DNA of 64,000 nucleotides from Eledone cirrhosa (taxonomy: Eukaryota), in contig OZ024741.1 of the NCBI GenBank assembly GCA_964016885.1, forward strand, positions 275,900,001-275,964,000, written 5' to 3'. Below are positions 25,565-37,800 of this stretch, in pieces. The position numbers and the translations under genes were made by a program. Below the pieces are notes generated by a model, which saw only the letters and a list, made by a program, of their open reading frames with translations, had not been told where the DNA came from and did no database searches. Positions within the stretch are counted from its first letter, which is position 1; every line of letters starts with the position of its first letter.

Positions 25565-27328
25565 TGTCATTATGTCATTATGAGAGATTGATGAATGTGG
25601 AGAACAAATGGGAGAGAGAGAAATTACCCTTGGTAGATCTGACAGAGGGACCAGCTATTGAGATTGACGAATATAGGGTCCAAGAGGCGATTAGGGAAAT
25701 GAAAAATGGTAAGGCTGCCGGACCATCGGGAATAGTTGCTGAGATGCTGAAGGCATCAGGGGACGTAGGCACTAAACTGGTTGCACACGTCATCAATCAG
25801 GCTATATATGCTGGTGTCATACCCAAAGACTGGTGCAGCAGTATTCTCATAAATTGCTACAAAGGTAAAGGGGATGCTTTGGAGAGGAGCAATTATAGGG
25901 GTATAAAACTGATAGATCAGGTTATGAAAGTGGCAGAAAGGATTTTAGCACAACTAATTAGAGAAAGGGTCAAACTGGATGAGATGCAATTTGGTTTTGT
26001 GCCTGGGAAGAGTACAACAGATGCCCTCTTCTTGGTGAGACAATTGCAAGAGAGGTTCTTAGAGAAGAATAAGCCACTATACTTAGCCTTTGTTGACCTA
26101 GAGAAGGCCTTTGATAGGGTACTCCGATCTGTCATCTGGTGGTCCCTAAGGAAACTAGGTGTTGAGGAATGGCTTGTGAGAACAGTACAAACTTTGTACA
26201 GAGGTGCTGTCAGTAAAGTCAGGGTAGGAATGGAGTTTAGTGAGGAATTCCAGATACAAGTAGGAGTACATCCAGGTTTGGTCCTCACCCAGCTCTTGTT
26301 CATTATAGTCCTCAAGCCATAACAGAGGAGTTTAAGACTGGCTGTCCATGGAAACTTCTCCATGCTGACGATCTGGTTCTTATAGCAGAATCAGTAGAGG
26401 AGCTAGAGAATAAATTCTGGCTATGGAAACAGCAGTTGGAAGCAAGAGGACTGAGAGTGAACCTAGCTAAGACAAAAGTGTTGATGAGTAGAAAAGAGGA
26501 CAAAACTCGGATTCCGTCAGGGAAATGGCCATGTTCGATATGCAGAAAAGGAACTGGCATAAATTCTATAAAATGCACACAATGCAGATCCTGGGTACAC
26601 AAGAGATGTAGCGGGATAGCAGGCAAACTAACAGGTAGGGAGAAATATGTATGCAGTAGATGTACAGGGAAATTAGACAGTAGAAGTCGCATTGATAGAC
26701 ACATTTTTCAAATGCAGGAGGGCGCTATAGAAGTGGTGGATAGCTTCCGGTACCTAGGAGATCAGATTAGCATGGGAGGAGGGTGTTCCGAGGCCATAGT
26801 ATCTAGAATAAGGGCGGGTTGGAAGAAGTTTAGGGAGCTGCTTCCTCTGTTGACGAAGAAGGGTTTCTCCCTGCGTATGAAAGGCCGGTTGTATGATGCC
26901 TGTGTGAGGAGCGCGATGCTGCATGGTAGTGAGACATGGGAGCAACTGCAGAGGATATGCGACGGCTGGAGAGAAATGAGGCAAGCATGCTCCGTTGGAT
27001 GTGCAGTGTAAATGTGCGTGAACGACCCAGCATAAATGTGTTGAGAGAAAAACTGTGTCTGAGAGGGATAGAATGTAGTATACGGGAGAAGAGACTGAGG
27101 TGGTATGGAAATGTGATGCGCACGGAGGATGACCGATGGGTGAAGAAGTGCCAGTTGAAGGAAGACGTGGTAGAGGTAGACCACGTAAAACATGGGCGGA
27201 GGTGGTGAGAACAGACCTCAGATCATTGAAGCTCATGGTGGAGATGACGAGAGACCGTGACGAGTGGAGAGATGCTGTGCTGAATAAGACCTGTCCCACC
27301 CTTGCAAGCAAGGAAAAGCGGACGTAAA

Positions 27329-27362
<34 letters not shown>
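25565..27362 (+). mobile_element. RTE LINE family B (ORF runs to the tail), 5'-truncated
   Basis: ORFs 25564-26322, 26436-27011, 26936-27208 and 27136-27327, ending KTCPTLASKEKRT* immediately before (GAT)n. Confidence 0.95.
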
Positions 27363-27363
<1 letters not shown>

Positions 27364-27450
27364 ATATATATATATGTGTGTGAATAAATGAAGTAATTCC
27401 GTCGGAAAAGTCCAGGAAAAAAGGGTGCTCTATGTAGGTTACAGAGCTTA

Positions 27451-27647
27451 ATAGTTATGTAATAAACAGCATAAGGCAATTATTCCATTTACCAGTGGTT
27501 TCTTAAAAGCAAAAAATTTTGCTTTCAATCCTCAGAATGAAAAAAGAGACCAGGATTTTTTCATTCTGAGGATTGAAAGCAAAATTTTTTGTTTTTAAGA
27601 AACCACTGGTAAATGGAATAATTGCCTTATGTTGTTTATTACATAAC

Positions 27648-27650
<3 letters not shown>
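27451..27650. repeat. 200-bp near-perfect palindrome with 3' half-hammerhead-like arms
   Basis: ~95-bp arms around gagaccagga; minus-strand arm reads aggatt GAAA gcaaaa-tt-ttttgc TT. Confidence 0.8.
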
Positions 27651-27688
<38 letters not shown>

Positions 27689-27689
27689 G

Positions 27690-27721
<32 letters not shown>

Positions 27722-27797
27722 TATACATTATGAAGAGAGAAGAAACATTTAGATATAATTAGTAATAAAATGTATCATACCTAAACTGCTCCTAAAT

Positions 27798-27887
27798 TCC
27801 TCGACTACGTAGTTTCGTGGCATAAACAAAAACAATATATCATAAAGACATAGAGTCCCTGCGAGGTCTGCCGACTTATCAAGAGGA
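27798..27887 (-). ncRNA. Type I hammerhead ribozyme, U3-A8 variant (copy 1)
   Basis: tcctc TTGATAA gt(c)ggca...tgccac GAAA cta-cg-tag TC gagga. Confidence 0.8.
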
Positions 27888-28392
27888 TACCTCATTTTAC
27901 TAGTCTCAAGAACGCGTCTACACGACGTGAGAAAGAATCCCAAAAGGCGGAGGGGGAGATAGTCACGCGATATAACGGTTGAGAAACAGAGCTAAGCCTC
28001 CTATAACCTCGAAGAAAATACCACGGAGGCGGAGGGGGTATTTATATCGAGGCCGCAGAAGAGGTGGTGAAGAAGGCGAGAAGTATGAGTAATGGAAGCT
28101 TTCCAGCTGTCCCCACACTTCAAAGATTGCTCGACCAGAGGGAGTTATTAACAATATATTTAGAAACACACAGATACATGCGGACACACACATATATACA
28201 TGAATGCATCCGCACCCAACTGTGAGTTAAGGGTGCCAACTTCACCGATGTTGCTCAATGAATGACTGGGACAGACCAATTCAGTTGAACTAGACTGAAC
28301 CAGTATCAGAGTTAAAAATACATTATGAAGAGAGAAGAAACATTTAGATATAATTAGTAATAAAATGTATCATACCTAAACTGCTCCTAAAT

Positions 28393-28482
28393 TCCTCGAC
28401 TACGTAGTTTCGTGGCATAAACAAAAACAATATATCATAAAGACATAGAGTCCCTGCGAGGTCTGCCGACTTATCAAGAGGA
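28393..28482 (-). ncRNA. Type I hammerhead ribozyme, U3-A8 variant (copy 2)
   Basis: Identical to copy 1, 595 bp away. Confidence 0.8.
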
Positions 28483-29320
28483 TACCTCATTTTACTAGTC
28501 TCAAGAACGCGTCTACACGACGTGAGAAAGAATCCCAAAAGGCGGAGGGGGAGATAGTCACGCGATATAACGGTTGAGAAACAGAGCTAAGCCTCCTATA
28601 ACCTCGAAGAAAATACCACGGAGGCGGAGGGGGTATTTATATCGAGGCCGCAGAAGAGGTGGTGAAGAAGGCGAGAAGTATGAGTAATGGAAGCTTTCCA
28701 GCTGTCCCCACACTTCAAAGATTGCTCGACCAGAGGGAGTTATTAACAATATATTTAGAAACACACAGATACATGCGGACACACACATATATACATGAAT
28801 GCATCCGCACCCAACTGTGAGTTAAGGGTGCCAACTTCACCGATGTTGCTCAATGAATGACTGGGACAGACCAATTCAGTTGAACTAGACTGAACCAGTA
28901 TCAGAGTTAAAAATACATTATGAAGAGAGAAGAAACATTTAGATATAATTAGTAATAAAATGTATCATACCTAAACTGCTCCTAAATTCTAAATGCGGAT
29001 GCATTCATGTATATATGTGTGTGTCCGCATGTATCTGTGTGTTTCTAAATATATTGTTAATAACTCCCTCTGGTCGAGCAATCTTTGAAGTGTGGGGACA
29101 GCTGGAAAGCTTCCATTACTCATACTTCACGCCTTCTTCACCACCTCTTCTGCGGCCTCGATATAAATACCCCCTCCGCCTCCGTGGTATTTTCTTCGAG
29201 GTTATAGGAGGCTTAGCTCTGTTTCTCAACCGTTATATCGCGTGACTATCTCCCCCTCCGCCTTTTGGGATTCTTTCTCACGTCGTGTAGACGCGTTCTT
29301 GAGACTAGTAAAATGAGGTA

Positions 29321-29410
29321 TCCTCTTGATAAGTCGGCAGACCTCGCAGGGACTCTATGTCTTTATGATATATTGTTTTTGTTTATGCCACGAAACTACG
29401 TAGTCGAGGA
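29321..29410 (+). ncRNA. Type I hammerhead ribozyme, U3-A8 variant (copy 3)
   Basis: Stem I tcctc 29321-25 / gagga 29406-10; core TTGATAA 29326-32; GAAA 29392-95; predicted cleavage after C29405. Confidence 0.8.
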
Positions 29411-29915
29411 ATTTAGGAGCAGTTTAGGTATGATACATTTTATTACTAATTATATCTAAATGTTTCTTCTCTCTTCATAATGTATTTTTAACTCTGATAC
29501 TGGTTCAGTCTAGTTCAACTGAATTGGTCTGTCCCAGTCATTCATTGAGCAACATCGGTGAAGTTGGCACCCTTAACTCACAGTTGGGTGCGGATGCATT
29601 CATGTATATATGTGTGTGTCCGCATGTATCTGTGTGTTTCTAAATATATTGTTAATAACTCCCTCTGGTCGAGCAATCTTTGAAGTGTGGGGACAGCTGG
29701 AAAGCTTCCATTACTCATACTTCTCGCCTTCTTCACCACCTCTTCTGCGGCCTCGATATAAATACCCCCTCCGCCTCCGTGGTATTTTCTTCGAGGTTAT
29801 AGGAGGCTTAGCTCTGTTTCTCAACCGTTATATCGCGTGACTATCTCCCCCTCCGCCTTTTGGGATTCTTTCTCACGTCGTGTAGACGCGTTCTTGAGAC
29901 TAGTAAAATGAGGTA

Positions 29916-30005
29916 TCCTCTTGATAAGTCGGCAGACCTCGCAGGGACTCTATGTCTTTATGATATATTGTTTTTGTTTATGCCACGAAACTACGTAGTC
30001 GAGGA
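29916..30005 (+). ncRNA. Type I hammerhead ribozyme, U3-A8 variant (copy 4)
   Basis: Identical to copy 3; predicted cleavage after C30000. Confidence 0.8.
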
Positions 30006-30744
30006 ATTTAGGAGCAGTTTAGGTATGATACATTTTATTACTAATTATATCTAAATGTTTCTTCTCTCTTCATAATGTATTTTTAACTCTGATACTGGTT
30101 CAGTCTAGTTCAACTGAATTGGTCTGTCCCAGTCATTCATTGAGCAACATCGGTGAAGTTGGCACCCTTAACTCACAGTTGGGTGCGGATGCATTCATGT
30201 ATATATGTGTGTGTCCGCATGTATCTGTGTGTTTCTAAATATATTATATATATATATATATATATAATCCCACCGTCTTCACATCCATTCCAATATCATA
30301 CATGAATCTTTCTCTCTCTCTCTCTGTCTGTCTCTCTCTCTCTTGCTTTCTATCATTCATTCTATTATCTTATCTTGTCACCTCCCTAATTCCCCCCTAT
30401 TTATCTTTTGTTAATCTCTCTTCTCTTGCTTGCGCAATCTTTTCTTTCCTCCTTCTTTCCCTACATTTCACTATTTGTTAGCTTGACTGTCAGCTGGCTG
30501 CTGAATATTTTATATTCTCGCTTCATTCTACCCTGTCAATATCTCTCACTTACATAACTTTCAATCTTATGTCACTCTCTTTATGATAATTTTTTAATCT
30601 CTCCTCCATTTCTCTAAGCCCAGTTAATGCTTTTTCCTTCCAGTGAGGCAAAAAGAGAGAAAGAGAGACAAACCAACTAAAAAACTTGACACGTGACTAA
30701 GGATTTTATATCTTACAAGGTTTTCCCTTCAACATCATCAATGT

Positions 30745-31611
30745 CAATCTCAGTCACAATCTCGTTATTATCACAATCTCGTTATTGTCAGTCACAATCT
30801 CTTTATTATCAGTCACAATCTCGTTATTATCACAATCTCATTATTGTCACAATCTCGTTATTGTCACAATTTCGTTATTATCAGTCAAAATCTCGTTATT
30901 ATCAGTCCCAATCTCATTATTGTCTGTCACAATCTCGTTATTATCGCAATCTCGTTATTATCAGTCCCAATCTCGTTATTATCAGTCCCATTCTCGTTAT
31001 TGTCTGTCATAATGTCGTTATTATCACAATCTCGTTATTATCAGTCACAATCTCATTATAGCTCACAATCTCGTTATTATCAGTCACAATCTCGTTATAT
31101 CAGTCACAATCTCGTTACTGTCAGTCACAATCTCGTTATTATCAGTCACAATCTCGTTATTATCAGTCACAATCTCGTTATTATCAGTCACAGTCGCGTT
31201 ATTATCAGTCACAATCTCGTTATTATCAGTCACAACCTCGTTATTATCAGTCACAATCTCGTTATTATCAGTCACAGTCGCGTTATTATCAGTCACAATC
31301 TCGTTATTATCAGTCACAATCTCGTTATTAGCAGTCACAATCTCGTTATTATCAGTCACAATGTCGTTATATCAGTCACAATCTCGTTACTGTCAGTCAC
31401 AATCTCGTTATTATCAGTCACAATCTCGTTATTATCAGTCACAATCTCGTTATTATCAGTCACAGTCGCGCTATTATCAGTCACAATCTCGTTATTATCA
31501 GTCACAATCTCGTTACTGTCAGTCACAATCTCGTTATTATCAGTCACAATCTCGTTACTGTCAGTGACAATCTCGTTACTGTCAGTCACAATCTCGTTAC
31601 TGTCAGTCACA
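30745..31611. repeat. 21-bp minisatellite (tcagtcacaatctcgttatta) with 17-bp variants
   Basis: Direct inspection. Confidence 0.95.
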
Positions 31612-31849
31612 GTTGGGTGGGTAAATGGGTGGATGCATGGGTAGCTGGATGGGTGGAAGAATGGGTAGATGGGTGAAGGCATGTATGGATGTGTGAATGG
31701 GTAAATACGTGGATGGGTGGGTGGTTGACTGGAGGGATGGGTGGGTTAATACAGAGGGTGTATGGATATGCAATAATTTTAATTTCCATATTTTCCAAGT
31801 TAGCCTGGCCTAAATAAACATATGAATAGCAAAAATCAATCATGTTCCC

Positions 31850-34800
31850 ACAATTGGTACAACCACTCACTGGGGTGTCACTCTAGATGTGCTACTGGTA
31901 CAACCAGTTGTGGGGTGTCACTCTAGATGTGACACTGGTACAACCAATTGTTGGGGTGTCACTCTAGATGTGCCACTGGTACAACCAGTTGTTGGGGTGT
32001 CACTCTAGATGTGCTACTGGTACAACCAGTTGTTGGGGTGTCACTCTAGATGTGACACTGGTACAACCAGTTGTTGGGGTGTCACTCTAGATGTGCCACT
32101 GGTAAGTCAGTTGTTGGGGTGTCATTCTAGATGTGCCACTGGTACAGTCAGTTGTTGGGGTTCCATTCTAGATGTGCCACTGATACAGTCAGTTGTTGGG
32201 GGACCACTCTAGATGTGCCACTGGTACAGTCAGTTGTTGGGTGCCACTCTATATGTGCCACTAGTACAGCCAGTTGTTGGGGTGTCACTCTAGATGTGCC
32301 ACTGGTACAACCAGTTGTTGGGTTTCACTCTAGATGTGCCACTGGTACAATCAGTTGTTGGGGTGTCACTCTAGATGTGTCACTGGTACAGTCAGTTGTT
32401 GGGGTGTCACTCTAGATGTGCCACTGGTACAACCAGTTGTTGGGGTGCCACTCTAGATGTGCCACTGGTACAGTCACTTGTTGGGGTGTCACTTAGATGT
32501 GTCACTGGTACAGCCAGTTGTTGGGGTACCACTCAAGATGTGCCACTGGTACAGTCAGTTGTTGGGTGCCACTCTAGATGTGCCACTGGTACAGTCAGTC
32601 GTTGGTGTGTGACTCTAGATGTGCCACTGGTACAACCAGTTGTTGGGGTGTCACTCTAGATGTGCCACTGGTACAGTCAGTTGTTGGGGTGTCACTCTAG
32701 ATGTGCCACTGGTACAGTCAGTTGTTGGGGTGTCACTCTAGATGTGCCACTGGTACAGTTAGTTGTTGGTGTGTCACTCTAGATGTGCCACTGGTACAAC
32801 CAGTTGTTGGGGTGTCACTCTAGATGTGCTACTGGTACAACCAGTTGTTGGGGTGTCACTCTAGATGTGACACTGGTACAACCAGTTGTTGGGGTGTCAT
32901 TCTAGATGTGCCACTGGTACAGCCAGTTGTTGGGGTTCCACTCTAGATGTGCCACTGATACAGTCAGTTGTTGGGGTACCACTCTAGATGTGCCACTGGT
33001 ACAGTCAGTTGTTGGGTGTCACTCTGGATGTGCCACTGGTACAGTCAGTTGTTGGGGTGTCACTCTAGATGTGTCACTGGTACAGCCAGTTGTTGGGGTG
33101 TCACTCTAGATGTGCCACTGGTACAGTCAGTTGTTGGGTGTCACTCTAGACGTGCCACTGGTACAGCCAGTTGTTGGGGTGTCACTCTAGATGTGCCACT
33201 GGTACAGTCAGTTGCTGGGGTACCACTCTAGATGTGCCACTGGTACAGTCAGTTGTTGGGGTGTCACTCTAGATGTGCCACTGGTACAGTCAGTTGTTGG
33301 GGTGTCACTCTAGATGTGTCACTGGTACAGTCAGTTGTTGGGGTGCCACTCTAGATGTGCCACTGGTACAGTCAGTTGTTGGGGTTTCACTCTAGATGTG
33401 CCACTGGTACAGTCAGTTGTTGGGGTGTCACTTAGATGTGCCACTGGTACAGTCAGTTGTTGGGTGCCACTCTAGATGTTCCACTGGTACAGTCAGTTGT
33501 TGGGGTGCCACTCTAGATGTGCCACTGGTACAGTCAGTTGTTGGGGTGTCACTCTAGATGTGCCACAGGTACAACCAGTTGTTGGGGTGTCACTCTAGAT
33601 GTGCCACTGGTACAGCCAGTTGTTGGGGTGTCACTCTAGTAGTGCCACTTGTACAGCCAGTTGTTGGGGTGCCACTCTAGATGTGCCACTGGTACAGCCA
33701 GTTGTTGGGGTACCACTCTAGTAGTGCCACTTGTACAGCCAGTTGTTGGGGTGCCACTCTAGATGTTCCACTGGTACAGTCAGTTGTTGGGGTGTCACTC
33801 TAGATGTGCCACTGGTACAGTCAGTTGTTGGGGTTCCACTCTAGATGTGCCACTGGTACAGTCAGTTGTTGGGTACCACTCTAGATGTGCCACTGGTACA
33901 GTCAGTTGTTGGGGTGCCACTCTAGATGTGCCACTGGTACAGTCAGTTGCTGGGGTACCAGTCTAGATGTGCCACTGGTACAGTCAGTTGTTGGGGTGTC
34001 ACTCTAGATGTTCCACTGGTACAGTCAGTTGTTGGGTGCCACTCTAGATGTGCCACTGGTACAGCCAGTTGTTGGGGTTTCACTCTAGATGTGCCACTGG
34101 TACAGTCAGTTGTTGGGGTGTCACTCTAGATGTGCCACTGGTACAGTCAGTTGTTGGGTGCCACTCTAGATGTGCCACTGGTACAGTCAGTTGTTGGGGT
34201 GCCACTCTAGATGTGCCACTGGTACAGTCAGTTGCTTGGGTACCAGTCTAGATGTGCCACTGGTACAGTCAGTTGTTGGGGTGTCACTCTAGATGTGCCA
34301 CTGGTACAGTCAGTTGCTTGGGTGCCACTCTAGATGTTCCACTGGTACAGTCAGTTGTTGGGGTGCCACTCTAGATGTGCCACTGGTACAGTCAGTTGCT
34401 TGGGTGCCACTCTAGATGTTCCACTGGTACAGTCAGTTGTTGGGGTTCCACTCTAGATGTGCCACTGGTACAGTCAGTTGTTGGCGTGTCACTCTAGATG
34501 TGCCACTGTTACAACCAGTTGTTGGGGTGTCACTCTAGATGTGCCACTGGTACAGTCAGTTTCTGGGGTGCCACTCTGGATGTGCCACTGGTACAGCCAG
34601 TTTTTGGGGTACCACTCTAGATGTGCCACTGGTACACTCAGTTGCTGGGGTACCACTCTAGATGTGCCACTGGTACAGACAGTTGCTGGGGTGCCACTCT
34701 AGATGTTTTACTGGTACAGCCAGCTATTGGGGTGCCACTCTAGATGTGCCACTGGTACAGTCAGTTGTTGTGTGCCACTCTAGATGTGCCACTGGTGTAG

Positions 34801-37800
34801 CCAGTCGTTGGGATCCCACTCTAGACGTGCCACTGGTGTAGCCAGTCGTTGGGATGCCACTCTAGATGTGCCACTGGTGTAGCCAGTCGTTGGGATGCCA
34901 CTCTAGATGTGCCACTGGTACAGCCAGTCGTTGGGATGCCACTCTAGATGTGCCACTGGTACAGTCAGTTGTTGGGGTGTCACTCTAGATGTGTCACTGG
35001 TACAGCCAGTTGTTGGGGTGTCACTCTAGATGTGCCACTGGTACAGTCAGTTGTTGGGGTGCCACTCTAGTGTGCCACTGGTACAGTTTAGTTGTTGGGG
35101 TGCCACTCTAGATGTGCCACTGGTACAGCCAGTTGTTGGGGTACCACTCTAGATGTGCCACTGGTACAGTCAGTTGTTGGGGTGTCACTCTAGATGTGCC
35201 ACTGGTACAGTCAGTTGTTGGGGTACCACTCTAGATGTGCCACTGGTACAGTCAGTTGTTGGGTGCCACTCTAGATGTGCCACTGGTACAACCAGTTGTT
35301 GGGTGCCACTCTAGATGTGCCACTGGTACAGCCAGTTGTTGGGGTACCACTCTAGATGTACCACTGGTACAGTCAGTTGTTGGGTGCCACTCTAGATGTG
35401 CCACTGGTACAGTCAGTTGTTGGGGTTTCACTCTAGATGTGCCACTGGTACAGTCAGTTGTTGGCGTGTCACTCTAGATGTGCCACTGGTACAGTCAGTT
35501 GTTGGGGTGCCACTCTAGATGTGCCACTGGTACAGCCAGTTGTTGGGGTGTCACTCTAGATGTGCCACTGGTACAATCAGTTGTTGGGGTGTCACTCTAG
35601 AAGTGTCACTGGTACAGTCAGTTGTTGGGGTGTCACTCTAGATGTGCCACTGGTACAGCCAGTTGTTGGGGTGTCACTCTAGATGTGCCACGGGTACAGT
35701 CAGTTTTTGGGGTGCCACTCTAGATGTGCCACTGGTACAGCCAGTTGTTGGGGTGTCACTCTAGATGTGCCACTGGTACAGTCAGTTGTTGGGGTGTCAC
35801 TTAGATGTGTCACTGGTACAGCCAGCTGTTGGGGTGCCACTCTAGATGTGTCACTGGTACAGCCAGCTGTTGGGGTGCCACTCTAGATGTGCCACTGGTA
35901 CAGTCAGTTATTGGGTGCCACTCTAGATGGTACAGCCAGTTGTTGGGGTGTCACTCTAGATGTGCCACTGGTACAGTCAGTTGTTGGGGTGTCACTCTAG
36001 ATGTGTCACTGGTATAGTCAGTTGTTGGGTCCCACTCTAGATGTGACACTGGTACAACCAGTTGTTGGGTGCCACTCTAGATGTGCCACTGGTACAGCCA
36101 GTTGTTGGGGTACCACTCTAGATGTGCCACTGGTACAGTCAGTTGTTGGGTACCACTCTAGATGTGCCACTGGTACAGTCAGTTGTTGGGTACCACTCTA
36201 GATGTGCCACTGGTACAGCCAGTTGTTGGGGTACCACTCTAGATGTGCCACTGGTACAACCAGTTGTTGGGAGTGCCACTCTAGATGTGCCACTGGTACA
36301 GTCAGTTGCTGGGGTGCCACTCTAGATGTGCCACTGGTACAGTCAGTTGTTGGGTACCAGTCTAGATGTGCCACTGGTACAGTCAGTTGCTGGGGTACCA
36401 GTCTAGATGTGACACTGGTACAATCAGTTGTTGGGTGCCACTCTAGATGTGCCACTGCTACAGTCAGTTGTTGGAGTGTCACTCTAGATGTGCCACTGGT
36501 ACAGTTAGTTGTTGGGGTGTCACTCTAGATGTACCACTGGTACAGCCAGTTGTTGGGTGCCACTCTAGATGTGCCACTGGTACAACCAGATGTTGGGGTG
36601 TCACTCTAGATGTGCCACTGGTACAGCCAGTTGTTGGGATACCACTCTAGATGTGCCACTGGTACAACCAGTTGTTGGGTGTCACTCTAGATATTCCACT
36701 GTTACAGCCAGTTGTTGGGATTCCACTCTAGATGTGCCACTATTACAACCAGTTGTTGGGAGTTCCACTCTAGACGTGCCACTGGTACACTCAGTTGTTG
36801 GGTGCCACTCTAGATGTGCCACTGGTACAGTCAGTTGTTGGGTCCCACTCTAGATGTGCCACTGGTACAGTCAGTTGTTGGGGTGTCACTCTAGATGTGC
36901 CACTGGTACAGTCAGTTGTTGGGGTGTCACTTAGATGTGTCACTGGTACAGCCAGCTGTTGGGGTGCCACTCTAGATGTGCCACTGGTACAGTCAGTTAT
37001 TGGGTGCCACTCTAGATGGTACAGCCAGTTGTTGGGGTGTCACTCTAGATGTGCCACTGGTACAGTCAGTTGTTGGGGTGTCACTCTAGATGTGTCACTG
37101 GTATAGTCAGTTGTTGGGTGCCACTCTAGATGTGCCACTGGTACAACCAGTTGTTGGGTGCCACTCTAGATGTGCCACTGGTACAGCCAGTTGTTGGGGT
37201 GCCACTCTAGATGTGCCACTGGTACAGTCAGTTGTTGGGTACCACTCTAGATGTGCCACTGGTACAGTCAGTTGTTGGGTAACACTCTAGATGTGCCACT
37301 GGTACAGCCAGTTGTTGGGGTACCACTCTAGATGTGCCACTGGTACAACCAGTTGTTGGGAGTGCCACTCTAGATGTGCCACTGGTACAGTCAGTTGCTG
37401 GGGTGCCACTCTAGATGTGCCACTGGTACAGTCAGTTGTTGGGTACCAGTCTAGATGTGCCACTGGTACAGTCAGTTGCTGGGGTACCAGTCTAGATGTG
37501 CCACTGGTACAGTCAGTTGTTGGGTGCCACTCTAGATGTGCCACTGCTACAGTCAGTTGTTGGAGTGTCACTCTAGATGTGCCACTGGTACAGTTAGTTG
37601 TTGGGGTGTCACTCTAGATGTACCACTGGTACAGCCAGTTGTTGGGATTCCACTCTAGATGTGCCACTGGTACAACCAGATGTTGGGGTGTCACTCTAGA
37701 TGTTCCACTGGTACAGCCAGTTGTTGGGATTCCACTCTAGATGTGCCACTAGTACAACCAGTTGTTGGGAGTGCCACTCTAGACGTGCCACTGGTACAGT

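Larger units (their letters stand above)
27723..28989 (-). mobile_element. Retrozyme-like 595-bp unit, left arm (~2.1 tandem units)
   Basis: Exact 595-bp period (identical ORFs at 27749/28344 and 27963/28558); one HHR per unit. Confidence 0.85.
28994..30245 (+). mobile_element. Retrozyme-like 595-bp unit, right arm (~2.1 tandem units)
   Basis: Inverted relative to the left arm; ORFs 29015/29610 and 29265/29860 repeat at 595 bp; ends in (TA)n. Confidence 0.85.

Noticed and set aside
27749-30054. Repeated 64-aa and 76-aa ORFs in the 595-bp unit
   Set aside because: Short, one begins at TTG, no recognisable motif; their recurrence only reflects the repeat. RNA structure explains the unit better.
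30693-31682. Long repeat-peptide ORFs (also 46343-47048 and 50449-50763)
   Set aside because: 21-bp units are multiples of three, so frames stay open without implying coding.
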